Below are positions 7,643 through 16,073 of a DNA stretch of 20,285 nt, piece by piece (the stretch's first letter is position 1; each line of letters opens with the position of its first letter). Source of the stretch: an uncultured Oligoflexus sp. (lineage in GTDB: Bacteria; Bdellovibrionota_B; Oligoflexia; Oligoflexales; Oligoflexaceae). The stretch lies in NCBI GenBank assembly GCA_964236955.1, contig CAXSGP010000087.1, forward strand, positions 1 through 20,285, given 5' to 3'. A program made the translations under genes and the position numbers. The notes beneath the pieces were generated by a model that was not told where the DNA came from, made no database searches, and was given only the letters and a program-made list of their open reading frames with translations.

Positions 7643-10600
7643 TGACCTCCGGTCTGTAGAAATTTTTCCAACGTCAGCAACTGCTGGCCGGCGTTGGCAT
7701 TGATAAAAGCGGTAAGCGGTATGGACCGGATCGAAAGATCGGTGCTTAAGGCGCCGCCCAGGCCGATCATAAGATCCATAAGACCCTGTTCCATGGAAAT
7801 CGATACTAGGCTGGGATAGGCAATTTGGAGCGCGCGACGTGCTGCCATCATCTGGGTGTCCCTATAGCCTGGATCCAGCACATCGATCATCGACAGCAGC
7901 TGATTTCTACCGATCGAAGTCACGTCGATTCGGCCGCTAGCCAGCCGTTTTTTGATATCGAAGTTGGCAGCGGCACGGCCGCTCAGTTCGTCATCGCGCT
8001 TTTGCCTTCGCGAGGGCTCTTTGAGAAGTTCAAGCTGCAGATTGGAAAAACGGCCGAGAAATCCTAACTGCAGGCGTTCAGGATGCAGATCGACAAATAC
8101 CCGACCCAAGGCACTGCCATTCAAAAGATTAGCTTTCATCTCGTTGAGCAGTATAAGGTTCTGCCTGAGCTCAATGTTCGCAAGCATGGGTCCGGTAATA
8201 ATATGCTTGAACCTTACCTTGTTAATAGCAAGGCCTAAGCGTTGGCCGAGATAGGGATCAATATTTTCAAAATCCACGCGGGTAAAAGGGTTTTGTGTAT
8301 TGAGATAAAGAAACTCAATTCGCCCTTTGTCATCGATGCTAAGTTCCTCCGCGAGACTAAACTTTCCGTCCATTCCCTCGACCTGAATATCACCGTAATC
8401 GAACGACAGCTTGTCAAAGTGAGGCTCGGACTGCAGTGCCAGAACTTTTTTGTCGTAAAGGGTTACTGAGAAAGGCAGCTCGAAACCACCGGTCCCCTTA
8501 AGGCCCGCGATGCTCCGACCCGGCGGAAGCTGACTACGGATATTACCGACGAACCCTCCACGGCCTGTGCTCAAAGCCATATCACCTTTACCTTTGACAC
8601 TGAGCAACGCACCGTCGACGGTCGCTCCGAGATCCTGAATAAAAAATTTATCCTTTTGAAGAACCTGGGCTTTCAAGCGAAAAGTCAGGTTCTGCACAAG
8701 GTCCTGAACTTTTTCTGCACTGGCCATAAGTGGTTTAACGCCTTTGATGCCGGTCAGTATCTGAACATCGACACGATCCTGGGAATTGATGCTGTTTATC
8801 TTCACATCGAGTCTCGAATCAAGATTGGTGACCGTCGCGAGGTCCCTCGCTTCCACCGAGGGCGCATGAAGCCTGGTAACGACGGCAAGCTGATCGTTCG
8901 CAAGTTTGGCCTGGGTCTGGATATCCATGGGAACCAGGATTCGATACTTTACCTTAGGCCCGTCTTGACTCAACCTAAGCTGGGACTGCACATCAGCGAT
9001 GATGTGCGAGGGGTTCCAGTCCTTGACATCCTTGATACGGGCCTGGGGATAAGAAAGGACTGCCACGTCTTTGGTTTCAATTTTCAGTTGACCGACATCA
9101 TCAAGAACGTCCAGACCAGCCAGGTATTGCTTTAGACTGGGATCGATCTTGATTGTGACCTGATCTTTAAGCTCAAATCGCTTGGGACTTTCCTGGGCTT
9201 CGATATGAAGATCGATCCGCTCCTTGCCGTCGATCTTGCTCGTGCCCTTGATCTCAGCGCTCAGCAGGTCGGCAAATTGTGCGGAAAACGCCAAATTTTG
9301 TTCGAAACCTATGGGCCTTCTTAAGGCTTTATGCTGCAGCCTGTCGATCTGTAGCAGCAACTGACCCTGAGTCTTCTTATCCTGGGTTGAGGAATCGAGT
9401 TTTAAAGTCAATTCTTTGAATTTCACAAGAGCCTTAGCGACGTCCGGTGACTGCTCTACATTTATAGCTAATTTATTGGTTATGGTGAGTTTGGTCCAGT
9501 CCTTTGTATCCTCAAGCGGCTCGGGATGCAATACGTTCAGATCGCTTGTCAGCTGCACGCTTGGCCAACCCAATTGGTCGAGCTGGCCGATGCCCTTATG
9601 CAGCTCCTTCCAGGACGAATAGGTATGAAAGGCGAGGGCAAGCTTTGCCGCCAGTATCCCTGCGGTATCGGACACTTTTGCGGCCATGGTCATTGCCGGT
9701 TTTTGATTGAGTTTCACGGAGCTTTTTAAATCGAGGCCCTTCTTGGGTAAATCAACGAAGACCGCTGTCCTGGATTCGATAGTTAGGGCGGCCTGCAAGG
9801 CCTTAAGAACGACTTTTCTGGCGTTGACCTCCAGATCTAAATCACCTTTGCCCTCTGCCCCTTTGCCATCGAGCTTGAGCTCGACCTGAGGAACGGCAAC
9901 AACTTTCTGCTTCGCCTGGAATATCTCAGCATGATCAAGTTCAACCCTGCTATGGACAGTCCAGCTTAAATCCTCAGGCTTTTTTAGCCTGCTCGGCAAG
10001 GCCGCATCAAAATTGATGTCCGCCTTGGCACTCAAAACTCCCTGGCTTTTTGATTTTTGATCGGCAAATGCGCCAGGCCCGGCATCGAGGTTTATGGTAC
10101 CGTTCGTGCTGAGCGGCAAAGCGATATCGGTGACCGTCACGCTATTATTCGGCACTGGAGCGTCGTGCTTCAAGCCCAGCTTAAGCTTGAAATAGAGATC
10201 TTTCACGTCAGCCAGCAGTTGGCCTTTGCCCTGGCTGAAGTGAGTCTGACCCATCTTTATGGTGGTATCATCGACATCAAGATTCCACTTGAATTGCTGC
10301 TTTTCAAGCGTGGAAGCCCAGGTTAAATGGGGTTCCAGCAAGAATGTAGTCTCAAGCCCAAGGTCCTCACCTTTAGCCAGTTTTACTCTCAGGGGCAGAC
10401 TCCCATCAAGCGTGAGCGCCGAGCTTCCCTTATTTAAGGCCACCGAGGATTTCAGATTCATATTGTCAATCGATAGATCGACCGTCATCGGACCTTGGAC
10501 CAGATTGAGATGAACGGTGAGCTGTTCCAAGGCCAACTCAGGCAGATCGAGAGTCGCTGGCGGATGCCGGAGTATATCGAGGATTTTGCTTAGAGCTTCC

Positions 10601-11010
10601 GGATCGGGAGGGGGTTCGGCTGCTACTGGCGGCGGGAGTATGACATTGAGATTGCCGCTAATGCCAACAAGCTTGGCCTGCCGAATTTCCAAACGTCGGT
10701 TGAGAAGGGGCCAGATTGCATAACCCAGCCTCAAATCATCAACGCCTAAGGTCCCTTCGACAAGCGGTGCACGCCGGATCACCAGGCGGAGCCCTTCAAG
10801 ATGGACGCCAGCCACAAGATCAATCGCCAGCGAACGCAGCTCAAGATCCACGCCCTCCTTCGCCAGGGGTGCCTGGAGGGAGTGAATGATTTTTTGCTGC
10901 ATCGCTGGCGATTTCAGAATAAAATAAACCGCGAGAAGCAGCGCGATGACGCTTGCGACCAGCCCCGCCACGCTCAGTATGAGAACACGAAGCCATTTCT
11001 GTCGAAGCAT
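7639..11010 (-). CDS. AsmA-like / YdbH-TamB-type large periplasmic beta-taco protein (putative intermembrane bridge)
   Basis: About 1123 aa from ATG 11010. Single N-terminal TM anchor (WLRVLILSVAGLVASVIALLLAVYFIL), AsmA/Chorein-N-like segment (LRLGYAIWPLLNRRLEIRQAKL), then almost continuous amphipathic beta-strands. Confidence 0.75.
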   Translation of the reverse strand: MLRQKWLRVLILSVAGLVASVIALLLAVYFILKSPAMQQKIIHSLQAPLAKEGVDLELRSLAIDLVAGVHLEGLRLVIRRAPLVEGTLGVDDLRLGYAIWPLLNRRLEIRQAKLVGISGNLNVILPPPVAAEPPPDPEALSKILDILRHPPATLDLPELALEQLTVHLNLVQGPMTVDLSIDNMNLKSSVALNKGSSALTLDGSLPLRVKLAKGEDLGLETTFLLEPHLTWASTLEKQQFKWNLDVDDTTIKMGQTHFSQGKGQLLADVKDLYFKLKLGLKHDAPVPNNSVTVTDIALPLSTNGTINLDAGPGAFADQKSKSQGVLSAKADINFDAALPSRLKKPEDLSWTVHSRVELDHAEIFQAKQKVVAVPQVELKLDGKGAEGKGDLDLEVNARKVVLKALQAALTIESRTAVFVDLPKKGLDLKSSVKLNQKPAMTMAAKVSDTAGILAAKLALAFHTYSSWKELHKGIGQLDQLGWPSVQLTSDLNVLHPEPLEDTKDWTKLTITNKLAINVEQSPDVAKALVKFKELTLKLDSSTQDKKTQGQLLLQIDRLQHKALRRPIGFEQNLAFSAQFADLLSAEIKGTSKIDGKERIDLHIEAQESPKRFELKDQVTIKIDPSLKQYLAGLDVLDDVGQLKIETKDVAVLSYPQARIKDVKDWNPSHIIADVQSQLRLSQDGPKVKYRILVPMDIQTQAKLANDQLAVVTRLHAPSVEARDLATVTNLDSRLDVKINSINSQDRVDVQILTGIKGVKPLMASAEKVQDLVQNLTFRLKAQVLQKDKFFIQDLGATVDGALLSVKGKGDMALSTGRGGFVGNIRSQLPPGRSIAGLKGTGGFELPFSVTLYDKKVLALQSEPHFDKLSFDYGDIQVEGMDGKFSLAEELSIDDKGRIEFLYLNTQNPFTRVDFENIDPYLGQRLGLAINKVRFKHIITGPMLANIELRQNLILLNEMKANLLNGSALGRVFVDLHPERLQLGFLGRFSNLQLELLKEPSRRQKRDDELSGRAAANFDIKKRLASGRIDVTSIGRNQLLSMIDVLDPGYRDTQMMAARRALQIAYPSLVSISMEQGLMDLMIGLGGALSTDLSIRSIPLTAFINANAGQQLLTLEKFLQTGGQ

Positions 11011-11021
11011 TCCATTACCGC

Positions 11022-11540
11022 CTACTGAAGAGCACCCGCTGTGATCCACTCTTTGAGCTTGGACAGATCATTCGTGCCAATACAAATATTCTGAGGAATA
11101 TCCCGATGATACTTCACGTCACATCCCGGGAGCGTCACGCTGCTATCCAGCACGGCCACGACTACCGACTGATCTGCGGCGGAATTGCTGATAAGATCGA
11201 AGGATAAACAAGACTGACGGTTTTTTTGGTAGGTTAACCAACCTGGATAATCTGATCCTTTTTTGCCGACCAAACCGTTATAAAACGTGGCAGCGGTACG
11301 CATATCTGGTCCACCCAGGGTACCGCTATTGGTACCGGGACCATGGCAAGCGCCACACTGCGGGGCAAAGACTTTGGCATACAATTCACTATAGGTAGCC
11401 GTTGCTACTGTAGCCTGACTCGTGTCACAGGACTTGGGGGCAGCATCCTCTGTGCTGGAACCACAAGCGCTTAAAAGGCAAACAAACAAGCCCATGCACA
11501 AGGAAGGCAGAAAAACCGTTCCTGGGAATTTTAGCGCCAT
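11022..11540 (-). CDS. Lipoprotein with a single c-type heme-binding motif (172 aa)
   Basis: ATG 11540 with GAGGT RBS; lipobox LSAC; CGACH (11357-11343); C-terminal LKEWITAGA as in planctomycete/myxobacterial-type cytochrome c domains. Confidence 0.8.
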   Translation of the reverse strand: MALKFPGTVFLPSLCMGLFVCLLSACGSSTEDAAPKSCDTSQATVATATYSELYAKVFAPQCGACHGPGTNSGTLGGPDMRTAATFYNGLVGKKGSDYPGWLTYQKNRQSCLSFDLISNSAADQSVVVAVLDSSVTLPGCDVKYHRDIPQNICIGTNDLSKLKEWITAGALQ

Positions 11541-11899
11541 ACGAATGACCTCAACCGACAAGGGTGACTGAACTGACAGTTTATGGAAATCACTGCACAA
11601 TGTAAAGTAGGACGGGTATAAACAAGTGCTTATCGCTTGGGATCTTTGGCCGGAGGTCAGCGGCTGGCCGATGTTAGAGGTTTAGTTTTAGCCTGGTAAA
11701 GGCGACCCAGAGGCAAGCCTTTCAGCGCTTCAATTGACGAGCGGCGGGAATCCGATCGAAAACCGACCTCTAAGGCTTCTGATCCGTCCGGATTCAGAGC
11801 TACGAATGTTCGCTCTTGATTTTGTCCTTCCTAGCGCCGGCCCCGGGGGAGCCTGGGTCCTTAGGAAAGCAGGCGGTGTAGGCTGAGAACTACCATTGA

Positions 11900-11926
11900 T
11901 TTTCGGCTTGTCAAAGTTTACTCTTA
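11900..11926 (-). promoter_or_regulatory. Putative sigma-28 promoter facing the envelope operon
   Basis: Minus strand TAAG-N15-GCCGAAAA. It would give a leader of about 350 nt, so assignment to the operon is tentative. Confidence 0.4.
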
Positions 11927-11975
11927 ATGACTAATGCTATTAAGGTGACACCCGACGCGACTATTGAGGTTAGGC

Positions 11976-13841
11976 ATGAAGAATAAGCAGAACTTTTTCA
12001 CCGACAATTCCGATATAAGTTTCCATCTTAGCAACAAGCGCATGACTCAGCTGTTTGAATGGATGTCCGACGACGAGAAAGCTGCCATCGGCGCTACCAC
12101 AGTCGACGAATTTCAAAAGAACTGGTTCGACATTCTAGAAGTGGTTGGCGAGTACACTGGCTCGACGCTCCATTCGAACGCACAAAAGGTTGCTAAAGAA
12201 GACCTCAAACTCGTCAACGGCGAAGTCGTATTCCCACCGACCATTAAAGAAAACCTCCGCATCTTTAGCGAGATCGGCGGGCCTGCTATGTCCATCCGCA
12301 CGGAATTCGGCGGTATGGAAGCGCCCCTTTCGTTTGAACTCAGCGCTTTCGAGATGATCTATCGCGCCTGCCCTTCGACCGCATTGAGCGTTTGCTGGTA
12401 CGGGTCCATCGCCAATATCATCGACCTCTTTGGTTCGGATGAACTGAAGGCCGAGTGGATTCCCAAGATCGCCACAGGCGAATACTCAGGCTCGATGTCT
12501 CTCACAGAGCCCGATATTGGTTCCGACCTAGCCGGCATGCGTACCTTTGCCGAACCTAAAGGGGACGGCACCTATCTCGTTTCGGGCAACAAGCAGTTCA
12601 TCAGCAACGGCTGTGGTGATCTTAGCCTCGTGCTGGCGCATAACCGCAAAGGCTCAAATAGCCTGAAGACCTTGAACCTCTATCTCGTGCCGCGCCGTAT
12701 CTCAGGCAAATTCAACTTTGAAGTTTCCAAGATTGAGGAAAAGCCAGGCCTTCACGGATCCGCGACCTGCGCGCTGAAGTTTGACGAATCCATAGGTTAC
12801 CTCATCGGTAAAGATGGCGAAGGCTTCAAATACATGGCCCACTTGATGAACGAGGCTCGCCTTGCGGTAGGCTTTCAATCCTTGGGCCTGATGGAAGCCT
12901 GCTATCGCCTAGCCTATAACTACGCGCAGCAACGTGAATCCTGGGGCAAGCCAATCGCCAGACATGAAATGATTGCCGAGCGCCTGCATGATATGGACAG
13001 CGAACTCCGCGCATACCGCAGCCTTTGCTATCGCGCGGCGCACTATGCCTCGCTCATTACGCTGGGCGACCGGCGTTTGCAGGAGAAGACCCTTCCGCAA
13101 GCCAAACGGGACGATATCTCCAAAAAGCTACGTTATTACAAAGCCAAACTCCGTGACTGGACCCCCCTGGTCAAGTGGTGGGGCGGCGAACGTTCGTATG
13201 TATTTGCCCGCAATGCGGTGCAGATTCACGGCGGTTACGGCTTCACAACGGAGTACACTGCAGAATGGTTGCTCCGCGAGAGCCTCATTCTTAGCATCTA
13301 CGAAGGCACTTCAGAGATTCAGGCCCTGATGTCTATCAAAGATACGGTCAAGGAAATCATGACCAATCCCAAAGAATTTGTAGAGAACACTCTGGGAAGT
13401 CGTATCGCTTCCCTGGCGGAAAAAGATTTCCTCATGCGCCGCTTTTTCAAAATGCGTCAGACCCTAAATCTCGGCATCGTCTCAATCTTTGCGAAGCTGC
13501 TCAAGACTCGCGTCAAAACCAAGGTTTCCCTCGACAAGCCGGCCGACCTTTTCAAGATCGTCAAGCTGCTTGGACCGGATCTGGTGCGTTTCGATAACCT
13601 TTCTCCGGCATTGCTCCATGCTGGTAAGATCGCCGAGATGAAGGCCGTCGTAGCCATCTCCTACGCCGTTATCAAGGATGGTGACCATGATGAGAAATTC
13701 CGTGTCGCAGCGGAACGCTTCACCGCGAAGTGGGGCCCGGTCCTGGCTCAATTGAAAGCTCAGATCGATATCGAAGATGATTATTTCAATAATACCATCA
13801 TGGGCAATCAGGCTGGCGTCGACGCGGCCGCCAACAGCTAA
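11976..13841 (+). CDS. Acyl-CoA dehydrogenase family protein
   Basis: ATG 11976 with GAGGT RBS; motifs GSMSLTEPDIGSDL, GNKQFISNG, KPGLHGSATC, MNEARL, QIHGGYGF, IYEGTSEIQ. Confidence 0.95.
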   Translation: MKNKQNFFTDNSDISFHLSNKRMTQLFEWMSDDEKAAIGATTVDEFQKNWFDILEVVGEYTGSTLHSNAQKVAKEDLKLVNGEVVFPPTIKENLRIFSEIGGPAMSIRTEFGGMEAPLSFELSAFEMIYRACPSTALSVCWYGSIANIIDLFGSDELKAEWIPKIATGEYSGSMSLTEPDIGSDLAGMRTFAEPKGDGTYLVSGNKQFISNGCGDLSLVLAHNRKGSNSLKTLNLYLVPRRISGKFNFEVSKIEEKPGLHGSATCALKFDESIGYLIGKDGEGFKYMAHLMNEARLAVGFQSLGLMEACYRLAYNYAQQRESWGKPIARHEMIAERLHDMDSELRAYRSLCYRAAHYASLITLGDRRLQEKTLPQAKRDDISKKLRYYKAKLRDWTPLVKWWGGERSYVFARNAVQIHGGYGFTTEYTAEWLLRESLILSIYEGTSEIQALMSIKDTVKEIMTNPKEFVENTLGSRIASLAEKDFLMRRFFKMRQTLNLGIVSIFAKLLKTRVKTKVSLDKPADLFKIVKLLGPDLVRFDNLSPALLHAGKIAEMKAVVAISYAVIKDGDHDEKFRVAAERFTAKWGPVLAQLKAQIDIEDDYFNNTIMGNQAGVDAAANS

Positions 13842-13868
13842 TTTGTGACTTGATACTGATAGAACACT

Positions 13869-13906
13869 AAAAAGCCCTTCCAGGCCAGTCTTGGAAAGGC
13901 TTTTTT
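13869..13906 (+). terminator. Intrinsic terminator of the acyl-CoA dehydrogenase gene (potentially bidirectional)
   Basis: AAAAAGCC-C-TTCCA...TGGAA-A-GGC-TTTTTT, 27 nt after the stop. Confidence 0.8.
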
Positions 13907-13930
13907 GTGCTAAAGGACGAAGGTCGATAT

Positions 13931-13962
13931 AAAAAAAGGGTTAGATCAAATCTATCCCTTTT
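13931..13962 (-). terminator. Minus-strand intrinsic terminator ending the candidate sRNA
   Basis: Minus strand AAAAGGG-A-UAGAU-UUG-AUCUA-A-CCCUUUUUUU. Confidence 0.7.
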
Positions 13963-14043
13963 CGAACTGATTCTTTCAGGTTGACGTTTAAACCGAAGTT
14001 TATGATGAGCGCACTGTTTCAGCTGCTCCGACTGAAAGAAATC
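13931..14043 (-). ncRNA. Candidate ~113-nt small RNA with a three-way junction and terminator
   Basis: Own promoter (TTTACG-N17-TACTTT) and terminator. 5' GAUUUCUUUCAG pairs with CUGAAAGAAUC; internal hairpins GAGC..CUG-AAA-CAG..GCUC and UAAAC-UUCG-GUUUA. Confidence 0.6.
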
Positions 14044-14049
14044 GAACGG

Positions 14050-14078
14050 AAAGTAACGCAAATCACGATAGACGTAAA
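14050..14078 (-). promoter_or_regulatory. Putative sigma-70 promoter of the candidate sRNA
   Basis: -35 TTTACG (14078-14073), 17-nt spacer, -10 TACTTT (14055-14050). The predicted +1 near 14043 coincides with the first base of the closing stem. Confidence 0.5.
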
Positions 14079-14101
14079 GGGTTTTTTCGCAATGCCGATA
14101 A
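14075..14101 (+). promoter_or_regulatory. Sigma-28 (FliA) promoter, perfect consensus
   Basis: TAAA (14075-14078)-N15-GCCGATAA (14094-14101). Confidence 0.75.
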
Positions 14102-14335
14102 GTAGAGGAGAAGCGGTCGGTTCCGCCCCTTTGACCACAATAAGATTATGATTTCTCAGTCTAATTTTTTAGCTGCCGCACGACTTAAGCTGATGGTAGT
14201 ATGGGCAGGTGATCAAGGGACAAAATATTTCGATCCGTAATACTCCTTAAGGTAAGGTTTTGTCGAAGCTGTGAACTTAGCTGCATTTGGGTGAAAATCT
14301 TATCTAGGGCTCAAGAGCGTGAGGTAAGCGTACGC

Positions 14336-14857
14336 ATGAGGACACTAGTTTTAAATGCAGGCTACGAGCCTGTTCGAGTTGTCAGTTGGCAAAAGGCCAT
14401 GATTCTCCTTCTCACCGAAAAAGCCGAACTTGTAAAATCCCACAACCGTTTCATTCGCTCAGTCAGCCGGTCTTTTCAACTTCCCCAGGTCATCAAACTC
14501 AAACGTTACATCAAAAATTTCTCGATTGCTGCCGGTGGCATCTGCTATTCGCGTCAAAACGTCTTCAAACGCGACAAGTACACTTGTCAGTATTGCAGCA
14601 AAAAACTTAGCGAAAAGCACGCCACGATCGATCATATCATCCCCAGGTCAAAGGGTGGCTCCGACACTTGGGAAAATACCGTTTGCTGCTGTGTGTCCTG
14701 CAATTCAAGAAAAGGCAATCGCAGTGCCGAGGAAAGTCACATGAAGCTCCAAAAGCTAGCCAAACGACCGCCCGTGCGCAATGCTCTCTCTGACATGCTT
14801 GAAGAGTTTGACTGTGAAGAAATCGATAGGGAGGAGATTTGGGCGATTGCCACGTAA
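14336..14857 (+). CDS. HNH endonuclease (small McrA-like family with zinc ribbon)
   Basis: ATG 14336 with GAGGT RBS; N-terminus MRTLVLNAGYEP; motifs NVFKRDKYTCQYC, TIDHIIPRSKGG, WENTVCCCVSCNSRKG. Confidence 0.92.
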   Translation: MRTLVLNAGYEPVRVVSWQKAMILLLTEKAELVKSHNRFIRSVSRSFQLPQVIKLKRYIKNFSIAAGGICYSRQNVFKRDKYTCQYCSKKLSEKHATIDHIIPRSKGGSDTWENTVCCCVSCNSRKGNRSAEESHMKLQKLAKRPPVRNALSDMLEEFDCEEIDREEIWAIAT

Positions 14858-14891
14858 GTGCAAGGCCCAAAGATCTCTAAAATTCCTTATC

Positions 14892-16010
14892 TTAGTGCTG
14901 AGGCAGAGCTGGGGCTTGTTTTGGCTTTTGGTTTTCATCAATCAACTGTACCGGCACGGTCTGCTTCTTGGAATCTCGGAGAAAGCTCAAACGCACAGTC
15001 TCACCAACCTGAAACGTTTCAAAAGCATTGTAGAGATCGTCGTACGAGCGAATTTTTTTATCCTCCACCCCAACAATAATATCCCCCAATATGATTTCGC
15101 CATTGCGCGTTCGGTGAGTTCCTCGCAGGCCTGCTTTTGCAGCCGCGCTGCCGTCGGCCACGGATCGGATAATCACGCCTTCGATATTCAACTGGCGATT
15201 GATGTTGCTATCAAAATGTTCGACGCCGATCCCGACCTGCACCACCCGTCCGTTCTTGATGATCTGGGTCACGATACGGTTGATCGTTGCTGAGGGCACG
15301 GCAAAGCCAATACCCGCAGAGCTTCCTGATTCAGAGAATATCATCGTGTTCATACCAAGCAGATAGCCACGACTGTCGAGCAAGGGGCCGCCCGAGTTGC
15401 CCGGGTTGATCGAAGCATCGGTTTGTATCATGTCGCGAATCTGGACCCCGGCTACCCCAGGAATAGAACGCCCTAGAGCTGATATCACTCCTTTCGTTAA
15501 GGTCTGATCCAACCCAAACGGGCTGCCGATCGCAATCGCCTTCTGTCCCACCTGAAGCTTCGACGAATCGGCGAGAGGCATAGCGTCGAAACTATGCAAG
15601 CCGTCGGTTTTGACCCGAATGACGGCAATATCCTTGCGGGGCTCGGCGCCGACAATCTTTGCTGGCAGCGTTTTGCCATTTTTAAAGGACACCGTGAGGC
15701 GGTCCGCATTTTGTATCACATGATAGTTGGTAACGATCGTGCCTTTGTCATCCCAAAAAAAGCCCGAGCCCGTACCGACCGGAACTTCCGTCACATCGAA
15801 GGAAAAGAAACCAACTCGGGCGTAGCGTAGATTGGAAACATTGACGACGCGCGGCGAGATTTTTGAAAAGATATCGATCGTATTTCGCTCATCCTCCAGC
15901 AGATAAGGTTCACCGTTGCCTGTACCGGCATTAACAGAAGACAGTGCATTCGTCACCTGAGCGGAAAGACCTGGACCGGTGAGGAACAGCGCTAAAAGAA
16001 CAAGCCGCAT
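14892..16010 (-). CDS. HtrA/Deg family (S1C) serine protease with one PDZ domain
   Basis: ATG 16010 with GGAG RBS and signal peptide; GTGSGF, TNYHV (His), KDIAV (Asp), IQTDASINPGNSGGPL (Ser); C-terminal PDZ (SAAAKAGL..GDII). Confidence 0.95.
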   Translation of the reverse strand: MRLVLLALFLTGPGLSAQVTNALSSVNAGTGNGEPYLLEDERNTIDIFSKISPRVVNVSNLRYARVGFFSFDVTEVPVGTGSGFFWDDKGTIVTNYHVIQNADRLTVSFKNGKTLPAKIVGAEPRKDIAVIRVKTDGLHSFDAMPLADSSKLQVGQKAIAIGSPFGLDQTLTKGVISALGRSIPGVAGVQIRDMIQTDASINPGNSGGPLLDSRGYLLGMNTMIFSESGSSAGIGFAVPSATINRIVTQIIKNGRVVQVGIGVEHFDSNINRQLNIEGVIIRSVADGSAAAKAGLRGTHRTRNGEIILGDIIVGVEDKKIRSYDDLYNAFETFQVGETVRLSFLRDSKKQTVPVQLIDENQKPKQAPALPQH

Positions 16011-16044
16011 ACGTAGGCTCCAAAAGCTAAAAGACCTGCAGACC

Positions 16045-16073
16045 ATTATAGCGGGGCGACCTCAGGCTGACCA
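16045..16073 (-). promoter_or_regulatory. Putative sigma-70 promoter of the HtrA gene
   Basis: Minus strand TGGTCA-N17-TATAAT, with the -10 about 35 nt upstream of ATG 16010. Confidence 0.55.

Noticed and set aside
3919..11028. Numerous + strand ORFs of 60-160 aa
   Set aside because: Antisense shadows of the long minus-strand genes with no independent coding signals.
11845..11900. TPP riboswitch-like 5' half (GGGGGAGCCTG...TAGGCTGAGA)
   Set aside because: The ACCC pairing strand and the GAACCUGAUC...UAAUGCC..GCGUAGG half are missing, and the downstream gene is not thiamine related.
13981..14006. TTGACG...TATGAT sigma-70 promoter on the + strand
   Set aside because: The spacer is only 14 nt.
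14001..14040. Hammerhead-like ATGATGAG...stem on the + strand
   Set aside because: Lacks the CUGANGA core and a GAAA immediately after stem II.
13867..14061. 64-aa minus-strand ORF
   Set aside because: TTG start without an RBS; it crosses two terminators and is better explained by the structured RNA.
13931..14857. HEARO/OMEGA (IscB-type) RNA-guided system suggested by RNA next to HNH
   Set aside because: The protein is only 173 aa with no PLMP, RuvC or bridge-helix segments, and no transposon ends are visible.
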